Positions 27,694-37,054 of a stretch of 64,000 nucleotides of DNA are shown here, piece by piece. Below the pieces are notes generated by a model. The model saw only the letters and a program-made list of their open reading frames with translations, did no database searches and was not told the origin of the DNA. Source of the DNA: Candidatus Wolfebacteria bacterium GW2011_GWB1_47_1 (GTDB taxonomy: Bacteria; Patescibacteriota; Minisyncoccia; UBA6257; UBA9933). The translations under genes were made by a program, and so were the position numbers. Every line of letters begins with the position of its first letter. The first letter of the stretch is position 1. The stretch is from assembly GCA_001029635.1 (NCBI GenBank), contig CP011209.1, forward strand, positions 350,866-414,865, read 5' to 3'.

Positions 27694-30600
27694 ATGGAAG
27701 AACTACAGCAATCCAAACAGGAAGAGTCGTCCGATTCTCGCTATCTTGCGCGTCTTTCCTTTCGCCCTGAGTTGAAAAAGACATGGCTTAATTTTTTTGT
27801 ATCCAATGTACGCGTCGTTACATTGTTGATTGTGGTGCTCACGACATGGGGAGGATATGCCTATGCAAAGCTTCCTAAAGAATCAAATCCTGAAGTAAAG
27901 ATTCCGATAGCTGTCGTTTCCACAATCTATCCGGGTGCTGGTCCGTCCGATATTGAAGAGCTTGTGACAAAAAAAATAGAGACCGCGGTCGGCGGACTCA
28001 AAGGCGTGCATAAGATTACATCAAATTCTTCGAACTCGGTTTCTTCAGTCACTGTCGAATTCGATGCGAATGAAGATCTCGATGATGCGATTCGACGCTT
28101 GCGTGATAAGATTACTACCGTCAAAAAAGACCTTCCTCAAGAGGTGAATGATCCCGCAGTCATAGAGATATCTATGGACGACCAGCCTATTTGGTCGATC
28201 GCGCTGACCGGACCCGGGGATGGATTTGCCTTGCGCAAATACGCCGAAACAATCGGCGATGAATTAGAAAAGATCCCCGGTGTGCGCGAGGTTACTATTT
28301 CAGGAGGGGATGAGCGCGAGTTTGAGGTTGCTTATGATCCGCAAAAAATGATGTCCTATGGCATTACGCTCGATGGAGCCAATGCCGCCATCGCAGCCAC
28401 AAATCGTGCGGTTCCGGGGGGTAACTTTGAAGGCTCCAAGTTTGTCTATGCCATTCGTACCGAGTCACGATTTTATGATGAGATTCGGCTTGCCAACATA
28501 CCTGTTGGTCATGCTGACAATGGTAGCGTCATTGTATTAAAAGATATTGCTACGGTGCGGGAGCAGGCTATCAAGAAGAACGTCTATTCGCGTTTTTCGA
28601 TCAAGGGTAGTGTGTCCCAGTCTGCTGTTTCCATTAGCGTTGTGAAGCGGACTGGCGGGTCTGTTATCGATATCGTCGATACTGCGCGCGTTGAAACGGA
28701 CCGGCTCATTAAGACATTTCCTACAGGAGTCGCATATGATGTGACCAGTGATATGGGTAAGCAGATCAAGACTGATTTTGATCAGTTGACTCATGATTTT
28801 TTGCTGACGTTAATTCTCGTCATGGGCATCCTGTTTTTGATTGTCGGACTGAAGGAGGCATTCGTCGCAGGCATCGCCATCCCCTTGGTATTTTTCGCGA
28901 CGTTCGGTGTCATGTTGGTCGCTGGACTCACCTTGAACTTCCTTTCAGTGTTCTCTCTCCTGTTGGCACTCGGCTTACTGGTCGACGATGCAATTGTTGT
29001 TGTTTCCGCGACAAAGCAGTATCTGAAGACGGGAAAGTTCACTCCTGAAGAGGCGGTGTTGCTTGTACTTAACGATTTTAAGGTTGTATTGACCACGACG
29101 ACCTTGACTACAGTTTGGGCGTTTGCGCCACTCCTATTTTCTACGGGGATCATGGGGCAATACCTCAAGTCCATACCGATCACCGTGTCCGTTACCTTGA
29201 TTACTTCGTTATTTATCGCATTAATGATTAATCATCCACTTGCAGCCGTACTTGAGCGCATCCGCATGACGAAGAAATTCTTTTTCCTGATCGAAGCCAC
29301 TCTGTTGCTTGCCGGTGGGCTCCTGATTTATATTGGTGGCATCGAAGGTTATCTTTTTGCCGTATTGGCTTTGTTTGTTGCCGGATGGATGGTGGTCTGG
29401 TATGAAAAAGGCGGTGATGTGAGGCTTATTGCCAATAAGGAACTTGCCGACCGCGAATGGACCGATGATGCGCTCATTAAGAAGAAGTTAGGCGAGCAGG
29501 GGACGCATACTGATGCCGATCTTGCCGAACGGCTCATTCATGGCATCATTAAGTTCGATCGGGTCATCCCGATTTATGAGCGCTATTTGCGCATCGTATT
29601 GGCAACCAAGCAGAGTCGCCGTAAGCTCCTTGCGGGAGTCTTTGGTATCTTTGTCTTTGCGATTGCATTGCCAATGGTTGGCGTCGTGAAAACCGAATTT
29701 TTCCCTGCGTCTGATTATGAAACGATGTTTATTACCATTGAAGCTCCTATTGGGCTTAAGCTTGATGAAACTGACCGGATCGTGCGCACGGTCGAAGAGC
29801 GACTTATGACCTATTCCGAAATCGGAAACTTTTCGACGATTGTTGGACGTCAGGGTGCTTCCATGCAGTCGGGTGGATCTGCGGGTAATGCCTCGACGCA
29901 CCTTGCCGGTATTACCATAACACTTGTTGATGCGAAACAGCGCGATAAGACATCCTATGCGCTTGCTGATGTAATGCGTAGCGATCTTGCCTCCATTGCC
30001 GAGGCAAAGGTCGTTGTCGAAGCAGTTGAAGGGGGGCCTCCTTCCGGTGCCGCGTTTGAAGCGCGCATTAAGGGTGATGACCTTGTTGAACTTGACCGGA
30101 TCGCACACGATCTGGAGAAGTTGCTTGTAACCATTCCCGGAGTCATTGACTCGAGTGTTTCGTTGAAGCAGGCAGCTCCTGAATATACGTTCGTCCTTGA
30201 CCCGATCAAATTGGAGCAAGCAAACCTCAATGCCGCGTATGTTGGATCTGTATTGCGAACTGCGGTTTCGGGAGCTACTGTAACGACCGTAATCCGAGAA
30301 AACAAGGAGATTGATGTCGTTGCCCGATTTGATGAACAATCCATTCCAACAATCGAAGCATTGCAGAATATGCAGGTTATTAACCAGCGTAAGCAGGCGG
30401 TCTTTTTAAAGGATGTTGCTACGATTGAATTAAAGCCGTCGCTTGATACCATTACCCGTATCGACCAAAAGCGAACTGCTGTTCTTTCTGCAGGCGTTTC
30501 TGCTACGACGATCCCCAATACGGTTGTTGCCGAATTCCAAAAACGAATAGCGCAGGAATACGAATTGCCGGCAGGCTATACTATTATGTATGGTGGTGAG

Positions 30601-31119
30601 AACGAACAGAATGAGGAATCTGTAAAATCGATTATTATGGCGATGGGTATTGCTATCATCTTGATTATTTCTACGCTCATTATTCAATTTAACTCGTTCA
30701 GAAAGGCGTTTATCGTATTGATGACGTTGCCGCTTGCGTTGATTGGCGTATTCCTTGGGATGGCCTTAACGGGAATCCCGCTGAGCTTCCCAGGCCTTAT
30801 TGGTGTATTGGCGCTCTTTGGTATTGTGGTAAAAAACGCGATCATCCTGATTGATAAGATGAATCTCAATATCAAGTTTGGGATTCCGTTCGAAGAGGCT
30901 GTTATCGATGCGGGTAAATCACGATTGGAGGCCATCTTCATCACGTCTGTTGCTACGATCGCAGGCATCATCCCAATAACGCTTTCTAATGAAATGTGGA
31001 AGGCGTTGGGAACGGCTATGATTTTTGGGTTGGCGCTATCGTCATTCTTGACCCTGTTTATTATTCCTGTGCTATTTGCCATGTTGGTAAAGCCTACGGC
31101 GAATAAGACGTCGAAGTAG
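27694..31119 (+). CDS. RND superfamily efflux transporter permease (AcrB/HAE1-like) with a large internal insertion
   Basis: 1141 aa with 12-TM AcrB-like architecture. The ATG is 2 nt after the MFP stop. Confidence 0.85.
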   Translation: MEELQQSKQEESSDSRYLARLSFRPELKKTWLNFFVSNVRVVTLLIVVLTTWGGYAYAKLPKESNPEVKIPIAVVSTIYPGAGPSDIEELVTKKIETAVGGLKGVHKITSNSSNSVSSVTVEFDANEDLDDAIRRLRDKITTVKKDLPQEVNDPAVIEISMDDQPIWSIALTGPGDGFALRKYAETIGDELEKIPGVREVTISGGDEREFEVAYDPQKMMSYGITLDGANAAIAATNRAVPGGNFEGSKFVYAIRTESRFYDEIRLANIPVGHADNGSVIVLKDIATVREQAIKKNVYSRFSIKGSVSQSAVSISVVKRTGGSVIDIVDTARVETDRLIKTFPTGVAYDVTSDMGKQIKTDFDQLTHDFLLTLILVMGILFLIVGLKEAFVAGIAIPLVFFATFGVMLVAGLTLNFLSVFSLLLALGLLVDDAIVVVSATKQYLKTGKFTPEEAVLLVLNDFKVVLTTTTLTTVWAFAPLLFSTGIMGQYLKSIPITVSVTLITSLFIALMINHPLAAVLERIRMTKKFFFLIEATLLLAGGLLIYIGGIEGYLFAVLALFVAGWMVVWYEKGGDVRLIANKELADREWTDDALIKKKLGEQGTHTDADLAERLIHGIIKFDRVIPIYERYLRIVLATKQSRRKLLAGVFGIFVFAIALPMVGVVKTEFFPASDYETMFITIEAPIGLKLDETDRIVRTVEERLMTYSEIGNFSTIVGRQGASMQSGGSAGNASTHLAGITITLVDAKQRDKTSYALADVMRSDLASIAEAKVVVEAVEGGPPSGAAFEARIKGDDLVELDRIAHDLEKLLVTIPGVIDSSVSLKQAAPEYTFVLDPIKLEQANLNAAYVGSVLRTAVSGATVTTVIRENKEIDVVARFDEQSIPTIEALQNMQVINQRKQAVFLKDVATIELKPSLDTITRIDQKRTAVLSAGVSATTIPNTVVAEFQKRIAQEYELPAGYTIMYGGENEQNEESVKSIIMAMGIAIILIISTLIIQFNSFRKAFIVLMTLPLALIGVFLGMALTGIPLSFPGLIGVLALFGIVVKNAIILIDKMNLNIKFGIPFEEAVIDAGKSRLEAIFITSVATIAGIIPITLSNEMWKALGTAMIFGLALSSFLTLFIIPVLFAMLVKPTANKTSK

Positions 31120-31126
31120 ATATACA

Positions 31127-31162
31127 TAAAAAACCGATCAGTCAATTGACTGATCGGTTTTT
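31127..31162. terminator. Bidirectional terminator
   Basis: aaaaaaccgatcagtc-aatt-gactgatcggtttttt between convergent genes. Confidence 0.6.
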
Positions 31163-31197
31163 TATTAAGATGACATTGAATGTCGATCTGATGTAGC

Positions 31198-31554
31198 TTA
31201 GTAGCTGCTGCGATATCCACCGCCGAAGCCTCCGCGTCCACCACGATCTCCACCACGTCCTCCGCCGAAGCCTCCGCTTCCGCCTTCACGGCGAGGAGCG
31301 CGCTCTTCCATCGGACGAGCAACGTTCACGGTCAAAGAACGACCTTCGTAGTCCTTTCCGTTAAACATGTCGATCGCTTTCTCTGCTTCTTCATCAGAAG
31401 CCATTTCCACGAAGCCGAATCCCTTCGAGCGGCCAGTCATCTTATCTGTGATGATCATAGCTGACTCTACGGAACCTGCCTGTGCAAACAATTCGCTCAA
31501 TGCGTCCTGGGTGGTTGCGTATGGCAATCCACCTACGTATAACTTTTTGCCCAT
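31198..31554 (-). CDS. RRM-domain RNA-binding protein with Gly/Arg-rich (RGG) tail
   Basis: RNP1 KGFGFVEM and RNP2 LYVGGL motifs. C-terminal GGSGGFGGGRGGDRGGRGGFGGG. Confidence 0.8.
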   Translation of the reverse strand: MGKKLYVGGLPYATTQDALSELFAQAGSVESAMIITDKMTGRSKGFGFVEMASDEEAEKAIDMFNGKDYEGRSLTVNVARPMEERAPRREGGSGGFGGGRGGDRGGRGGFGGGYRSSY

Positions 31555-31799
31555 TTTGAGATAGTATTTTTTTAATTCTGTAAGTCGACCCTTCTCATAG
31601 GCCTCGAGAGCGCATAAAACAAAAACGTTTTACCTTCATATATCCACATCCGCTACAGCAGTTCGGGATTGGAAGCAAACTGAGAAAACTTACTTTTCCT
31701 AGTATACAGCATCACTTTTGAAAGCACAATAGCCATGCCATATCCTCCCGTTTCTTGCAAATTGACAGAAATATCGTATGCTCAAGAGATATGGAAGAA

Positions 31800-32513
31800 A
31801 TGGAATACCCAATTCGCATCAACCGTTACCTTGCGGTAAAACAGTATGCCAGTCGGCGGGAAGCCGACCGGCTTATTGAGGACGGGCAAGTACGCATTAA
31901 TGGCAAGGTTGCTTCTCTTGGTGATAAGGTGCAAAAAGGCGATTCTGTTGAAGTTGGCGCCGGTGCAAAGGCGCTTGCTAAAAAGCGCGTCTATCTCGCA
32001 TTTTGCAAGCCAGAGGGCGTTGTGACGCATAGTCCTGAGCGTGGACAGAAGAGCATTGCCGATATACTTGATTATGAGGGGCGCATGTTCCCGATCGGTC
32101 GATTAGACATGGATTCTCGCGGATTGATTATCTTGACGAACGATGGGCGCATCACTGATAAGTTGCTCAACCCCGAGGGAGCGCACGAGAAGGAATATCT
32201 TGTGCGTGTGGATAAGCCGGTCAATCCGGAATTTATCGCATCGATGGCTAAAGGGGTATTGCTTGATGATGGATACAAGACAAGAAAGTGCGTTGTCGAA
32301 TCGACCGGATCGAAGCAATTTCGCATTACCTTAACCGAGGGAAAGAAGCGACAGATCCGTCGTATGTGTGAGGCACTCGGCTATGCGGTGACCGACCTAT
32401 TGCGCATTCGTATCATGAATATTCGTTTGCGTGAGCTGCGCGCGGGGGAATATCGCCAATTGGTTGGCGCAGAGCTACAGACGTTTCTAAAGAGTATCGG
32501 CATCAATCAATGA
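31800..32513 (+). CDS. rRNA pseudouridine synthase (RsuA/RluB family) with N-terminal S4 domain
   Basis: S4 domain IRINRYLAV...READRLIEDGQVRING. Catalytic region GRLDMDSRGLIILTNDG. Start chosen at the MEYPIRINRY ATG; the track start 31755 is TTG. Confidence 0.75.
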   Translation: MEYPIRINRYLAVKQYASRREADRLIEDGQVRINGKVASLGDKVQKGDSVEVGAGAKALAKKRVYLAFCKPEGVVTHSPERGQKSIADILDYEGRMFPIGRLDMDSRGLIILTNDGRITDKLLNPEGAHEKEYLVRVDKPVNPEFIASMAKGVLLDDGYKTRKCVVESTGSKQFRITLTEGKKRQIRRMCEALGYAVTDLLRIRIMNIRLRELRAGEYRQLVGAELQTFLKSIGINQ

Positions 32514-32550
32514 CAAAAAAATCAATCGCAATCGATTGATTTTTTTGTCA
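32511..32550. repeat. 40-nt perfect palindrome / bidirectional terminator-like hairpin
   Basis: tgacaaaaaaatcaatcg-caat-cgattgatttttttgtca between convergent genes. Confidence 0.7.
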
Positions 32551-32553
32551 TAC

Positions 32554-33297
32554 CTATACTTCTTCGTTTGTCTGTTCGCAGATGATGTATTTATCGTGAT
32601 AGCGAAGCATGACAACGTTCACGATGATAAATGAAAGCAGTACAACAGGGCCGGTTATGACCAGCAGAATGAGCATCCATGGATCAATACTGAGCGCAAG
32701 TAATCCAAGGATACTTACTGTGATGCCGGTTGAAAGGAGAAGGCTGAATATGATCGCCGACTGTAGAGGACTCTTTGCTTTGGTCACGCATTTATAGGCG
32801 AGATAGGTATGCGGCATGATCACACAGAGTAAGCTTACGAGAATAAATAGCGTAATAAAGAATGGGAATGACGTCATTGCTCGGCTGATCAGATCTGTGA
32901 ATGGCATATATTCTATGAACCTATGCCATTCGGGGTGCTGTGAGGCAAAGTAGAATTCAATTTTGGTATAGAAGTATGTTATTGCCGGGAAAATAAAGAG
33001 TAATCCGCCAAGCAGGATGAATTCATACGCAAGAACCAAGCGCTGCCCCTCGATCGTTTTCTCTCCAACTCGCTCCGGGATACATGTGAAGATATTCCGT
33101 ACTTTTTTTATATTAAAGGCGGTGAACAGGGCGATCGAAGAGAGATAGACCCATGAGCCATTAAACGCAATTGCGTCGATCGCGATTGGGAATACGGGCG
33201 TCGGAGACAGTTCCCGGATTAGTATGGCAATGCTATGCACAATCGCGGCAATGAGAATACCGAAGATTATCGGTTTTTTGTAAATTTTTTCTTGCAT
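32554..33297 (-). CDS. Hypothetical integral membrane protein
   Basis: About 7 predicted TM helices. No motif. Confidence 0.55.
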   Translation of the reverse strand: MQEKIYKKPIIFGILIAAIVHSIAILIRELSPTPVFPIAIDAIAFNGSWVYLSSIALFTAFNIKKVRNIFTCIPERVGEKTIEGQRLVLAYEFILLGGLLFIFPAITYFYTKIEFYFASQHPEWHRFIEYMPFTDLISRAMTSFPFFITLFILVSLLCVIMPHTYLAYKCVTKAKSPLQSAIIFSLLLSTGITVSILGLLALSIDPWMLILLVITGPVVLLSFIIVNVVMLRYHDKYIICEQTNEEV

Positions 33298-33306
33298 AAA
33301 TAACGG

Positions 33307-33846
33307 TTATTTCGCTGTGCTTGTAAATAATGCGATCGTTTTGGCAACTTCGTCATCGATACCATCGATACAATTATAGTTCTTGATCTCTTCTGCGTCC
33401 ACCCATACATGGTCAGTGAATGCGCCTTGCTCGAGCAGTACATTGCCGTTCTTGTATTTGGCTGCAAATTTCACTAGCACCACGGGAATTTCGTCGGGCC
33501 TGACAAATGAAACGCTGTTGATATATACGAGGTGTGGTTCTATTTCAATTCCCGCTTCTTCCTGCACTTCTCGGCGCAAGAGATCTTCGACGGAGTTTTC
33601 GAAGTCGATTACATCGCCGTTCATGCGAGTCGGATTCGTTATGTCCAGATCATTCCATTCCAGTTTTCCTCCCGGCACGGCATATTTGCCCGGGTGCACC
33701 TTCTCCCGTTCGTCTCGCTTAAGAATCAGACATCGGCCGTCGGATTCTCGAAAAACGACCACGTTTGCGACGAAGTAAAACAATTTATCCGTTTTTGCAT
33801 TTTCAATACTTATTTTTTTTGCGGGCATATATCGGTAGTATATCAT
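33307..33846 (-). CDS. NUDIX hydrolase
   Basis: Nudix box GKLEWNDLD...EDLLRREVQEEAGIEIE. Confidence 0.75.
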   Translation of the reverse strand: MIYYRYMPAKKISIENAKTDKLFYFVANVVVFRESDGRCLILKRDEREKVHPGKYAVPGGKLEWNDLDITNPTRMNGDVIDFENSVEDLLRREVQEEAGIEIEPHLVYINSVSFVRPDEIPVVLVKFAAKYKNGNVLLEQGAFTDHVWVDAEEIKNYNCIDGIDDEVAKTIALFTSTAK

Positions 33847-33905
33847 GTTTTACCGCGGCATAAAAAAAACGATCTCAGATAGGCTATATACTGGATCTTC
33901 CGGCA

Positions 33906-34718
33906 ATGTATCATGTGTTTTGTGTCTGTGATACGTTTGTATACTATACTATGTATAGTATAGAGACCGTGAAGCGTAAAAAAATAAACGATGCAGCGGT
34001 AATGTATACCGTTCCCGCGATCGGAGGGGTTGGGCCTAACGATGAATTGGTAATGGCGCTGACGGTTGATACGTCTACGACTGGGAGTAGTTGTATTCGA
34101 GGTTTAGTCCGGATCATAACAAAAAGGATCGGAAACGAAAATATGCCTGGATATATCGATACCAGTGAACTTTGTCACGTGGAAAGCAGGGATGGGCTTA
34201 CGTGGAGAAAAACTACTCCGCTGGTGATAAAAGGCATTGATATGATCGTGGAAAATATCGCCAACGATATTGGGGGTATTTTTTGGGGATTGGAAGATCA
34301 TTCTATTTGGATTGATGAGCGGGGGATCAAACATGTTTATTTTACAATCGCTTTTGGCCTTGGTAAAAAACAGGGTTATCGAGTATATCTGGGGCATGCT
34401 GAAGGGGAGACATTAGCTTCTTTGGTTGCAACTAACCCAGTACTGAGCCCCATTACGCGGGTAAATAAGGGATTCAAAGAGGTGGTTATTTCCCCCGTCG
34501 TTGTTGATGGGATTCGGATAAATCTCGCCGAATCAAATGATGGTGGGTATTCCGTAATCTCCGCTATTGGAACTGAGGAATATTATATGGGTGGAATTTT
34601 TTACGCATTGCCGCGCATCCAAAAAAAATCGGATACACCTGGTGTGCTGAGCACCTATCTCCTTCCTCACTATTGCCTCACCAGTTCCTTGAACATCATA
34701 GCCTGCTTGTCGGCATAG
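33906..34718 (+). CDS. Hypothetical protein, possibly a degenerate GH130/DUF377-like beta-propeller
   Basis: GLEDHSIWIDERGIKHVYFT resembles the CEDPR...YxxYTA block of the downstream GH130 paralogs, but the catalytic motif is degenerate. Confidence 0.45.
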   Translation: MYHVFCVCDTFVYYTMYSIETVKRKKINDAAVMYTVPAIGGVGPNDELVMALTVDTSTTGSSCIRGLVRIITKRIGNENMPGYIDTSELCHVESRDGLTWRKTTPLVIKGIDMIVENIANDIGGIFWGLEDHSIWIDERGIKHVYFTIAFGLGKKQGYRVYLGHAEGETLASLVATNPVLSPITRVNKGFKEVVISPVVVDGIRINLAESNDGGYSVISAIGTEEYYMGGIFYALPRIQKKSDTPGVLSTYLLPHYCLTSSLNIIACLSA

Positions 34719-34818
34719 TAAACGGACGAGAGAAGACAAAAATTGTACACGGGGTGCGCATGTACCAAAAATTTAGGCCTGGATTATTTCTATTCAATCC
34801 TATGACCGGAGAAATTCC

Positions 34819-34991
34819 ATGAGTTTCCCCGAGCCATTGTTCGAAGACTCGGCTGTCGAAACAATTACGTTTGCGAGCGATTTTGTGCAGACGAGTGATA
34901 CTAACGGAATACTATATGCGTATGTAAACGATTCATTTGTACGTGCCTATGAATTGAGTAAGAAAGGAATCATTGCGTGGCTTCCTGGTTG
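34819..34991 (+). CDS. Small hypothetical ORF (57 aa)
   Basis: GGAG 10 nt upstream of the ATG, followed by the 35017-35039 terminator hairpin. Not in the ORF track because it is under 60 aa. Confidence 0.25.
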
Positions 34992-35010
34992 AATAGTGCC
35001 CTTCCTTGTA

Positions 35011-35046
35011 AAAAAATATCCCCAAATAATTAGGGGATAGTTTTTA
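35011..35046. terminator. Bidirectional terminator
   Basis: A-run, tatcccc-aaataatta-ggggata, T-run. Confidence 0.55.
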
Positions 35047-35047
35047 T

Positions 35048-37018
35048 TTAGTCAAACGTCAGTGCATCCACGATCTCGTCAATATTTGCCGTTGCTACGC
35101 CGACGACTCTGTCCGCTCCGCCGTAGTAGATGAACAGTTTTTTGCCGATCACGGTACTTCCGCAGGGAAATACGACATTGGGGATGATCCCATTTTTTTC
35201 GTAGTCCGTTTCCGGGGCGAAGATATAGTCGGTCGTTCGTGCCAATACGATCATCGGGTTATGCAGATCGAGTAAGAGTGCCCCCACCCGATAGACGCCT
35301 TCGTCGGAAACGCCATGGTAAAGAAGCAGCCAACCCTTCCCTGTCTTGATCGGGACCGATGCGATGCCGACCTTACGCCCATCCCACATTCCCTTGCGCG
35401 GTCCGATGATCGGGGTGAAGGTGTCTATCCGATCCCCGTCGAATTCAAGCGACTTTATCGGATCAAGGCAGATGTGGTCGTGTGTCCTATGGAACACAAG
35501 ATAATTGTCCCCGATCTTTTCGGGGAAAAGACAGGAATCCTTATCATCGACATCTGCAGGCGTGATGATCGCCGGCCACGACCAATCCCAATTTTTTTTG
35601 AGAAAATTTTTAACCGAAATGCTTGTTGCCGCGACTGCCGGGGGGTGTACTCCGTCGTAGGCGGTGTAGAACATATAAAGCATGTCATCGATCTGCGTGA
35701 TGCGTGGGTCTTCGCATCCCGAGTTTCCCGGGTGCACTTTCTTTTCGAATGACTCACGAGGTACGTAAATTGGATGTTCGACCCGTTCCGTTATTGAGAG
35801 GCCGTCCTTGCTGTACGCGTATCCCAATACCGACGTGTCATCATCGCCCATTGCTCGATATACGATGTGCACCTTCCCGTCGATTGCGACGGCTGCAGGA
35901 TTGAATACTGCCTTGTTTTCCCATGGGTGATTGTCGAGTGGCTCAAGAATAGGGTTCTTTTTGTGCCGAGTTACAACCGGTTCCTTCCTCATGCTTTTAA
36001 GGAGCGCCTGCAGATTTACATCGGCTCGGCAACAGGTCGTATCCGTTGCCCCATAGTAGATGTATAATTCCTCTCCCTTGATGGTCGCGCCAGATGGGAA
36101 GATGACGTTCGGTATCTGTCCGAATTCTTCATATGTTTCTTCGGGGATAAGGAGTGGGCTGTCGGTGCGAGCGATAATCTTCTTGGGATCGTTGAGATCG
36201 AGCAGTAACGCCTCGATGCCGAAGATCTTATTGTCGCTGAAATAGTTTTGAATATGCGAATAGATCACCAGCCAACCCTCTTTCGTTTTAAGTGGTACTG
36301 CGCCTATCTCTACCTGATCATGTTCCGTTCTTCGGACGATCATACGGTGGGATTCTATTTCTGCGTGCCACTTGTCCCAATAGGCTGTTGACCAAATCTG
36401 TTCGATGGAGTCGAATTCTGCCAAGCATATCTTTACTGGAGGCATGTCGGTGTGCGCCGCCAATAGAGCGACATACTTGCCGTCGATTTTTTCAGGGAAG
36501 AGTGCCATTGCCTTCGCGTTGAACGGCGTTACCAAATGTCGTTCGTCAATCGTTTCGAAATCCTTTGTTACGGCGACGGCAATGCGGATGCCCTCCGCCC
36601 GGAAGGGGAACGTGCCGAGTGCCGTATAGAAGATATAATAGGTGTCTTCGATTTTGGTGACGCGCGGGTCTTCGCAACCATAGCGTTCCCATTCGTATTT
36701 TGGGGTAATTAGCGGCTTACGTGGCTCGTACCAGTGGCCATCCTTACTTACGCCATACCCGATAGTCGAAAGACTTAGTTCGTGTCCCTTGATATATTTC
36801 ATTTCTGACATTGCGCGATATACACAATGAAACTTCTCATCATCTTGGATGGGGCACCAGTTGAAGGCCGCAAACGATTCCCATGGATGGTCAATGGTTG
36901 GGCTGATAATTGGGTTGTAGAGTGAGCGTTTTACGACAAACATAATGGGATAATTTAAAATTTGAAATTCGAAATTTTGAAATACGAAATCAGATCGTTT
37001 GACTTCACTTTGCTTCAC
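35048..37018 (-). CDS. Tandem-duplicated GH130 (DUF377) glycoside phosphorylase-like protein
   Basis: Two repeats, each with GCEDPR[VI]T.I.D..Y.FYTA motifs (YGCEDPRVTKIEDTYYIFYTA and SGCEDPRITQIDDMLYMFYTAYDG). Confidence 0.7.
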   Translation of the reverse strand: MKQSEVKRSDFVFQNFEFQILNYPIMFVVKRSLYNPIISPTIDHPWESFAAFNWCPIQDDEKFHCVYRAMSEMKYIKGHELSLSTIGYGVSKDGHWYEPRKPLITPKYEWERYGCEDPRVTKIEDTYYIFYTALGTFPFRAEGIRIAVAVTKDFETIDERHLVTPFNAKAMALFPEKIDGKYVALLAAHTDMPPVKICLAEFDSIEQIWSTAYWDKWHAEIESHRMIVRRTEHDQVEIGAVPLKTKEGWLVIYSHIQNYFSDNKIFGIEALLLDLNDPKKIIARTDSPLLIPEETYEEFGQIPNVIFPSGATIKGEELYIYYGATDTTCCRADVNLQALLKSMRKEPVVTRHKKNPILEPLDNHPWENKAVFNPAAVAIDGKVHIVYRAMGDDDTSVLGYAYSKDGLSITERVEHPIYVPRESFEKKVHPGNSGCEDPRITQIDDMLYMFYTAYDGVHPPAVAATSISVKNFLKKNWDWSWPAIITPADVDDKDSCLFPEKIGDNYLVFHRTHDHICLDPIKSLEFDGDRIDTFTPIIGPRKGMWDGRKVGIASVPIKTGKGWLLLYHGVSDEGVYRVGALLLDLHNPMIVLARTTDYIFAPETDYEKNGIIPNVVFPCGSTVIGKKLFIYYGGADRVVGVATANIDEIVDALTFD

Positions 37019-37054
37019 TCACTGGATAGAACAAAAAATTTGTAGTGGGGGTGT

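Noticed and set aside
29488-30518. Minus-strand ORFs 29488-30339 and 29955-30518
   Set aside because: They are entirely antisense to the RND permease gene, a typical GC-skewed antisense artefact.
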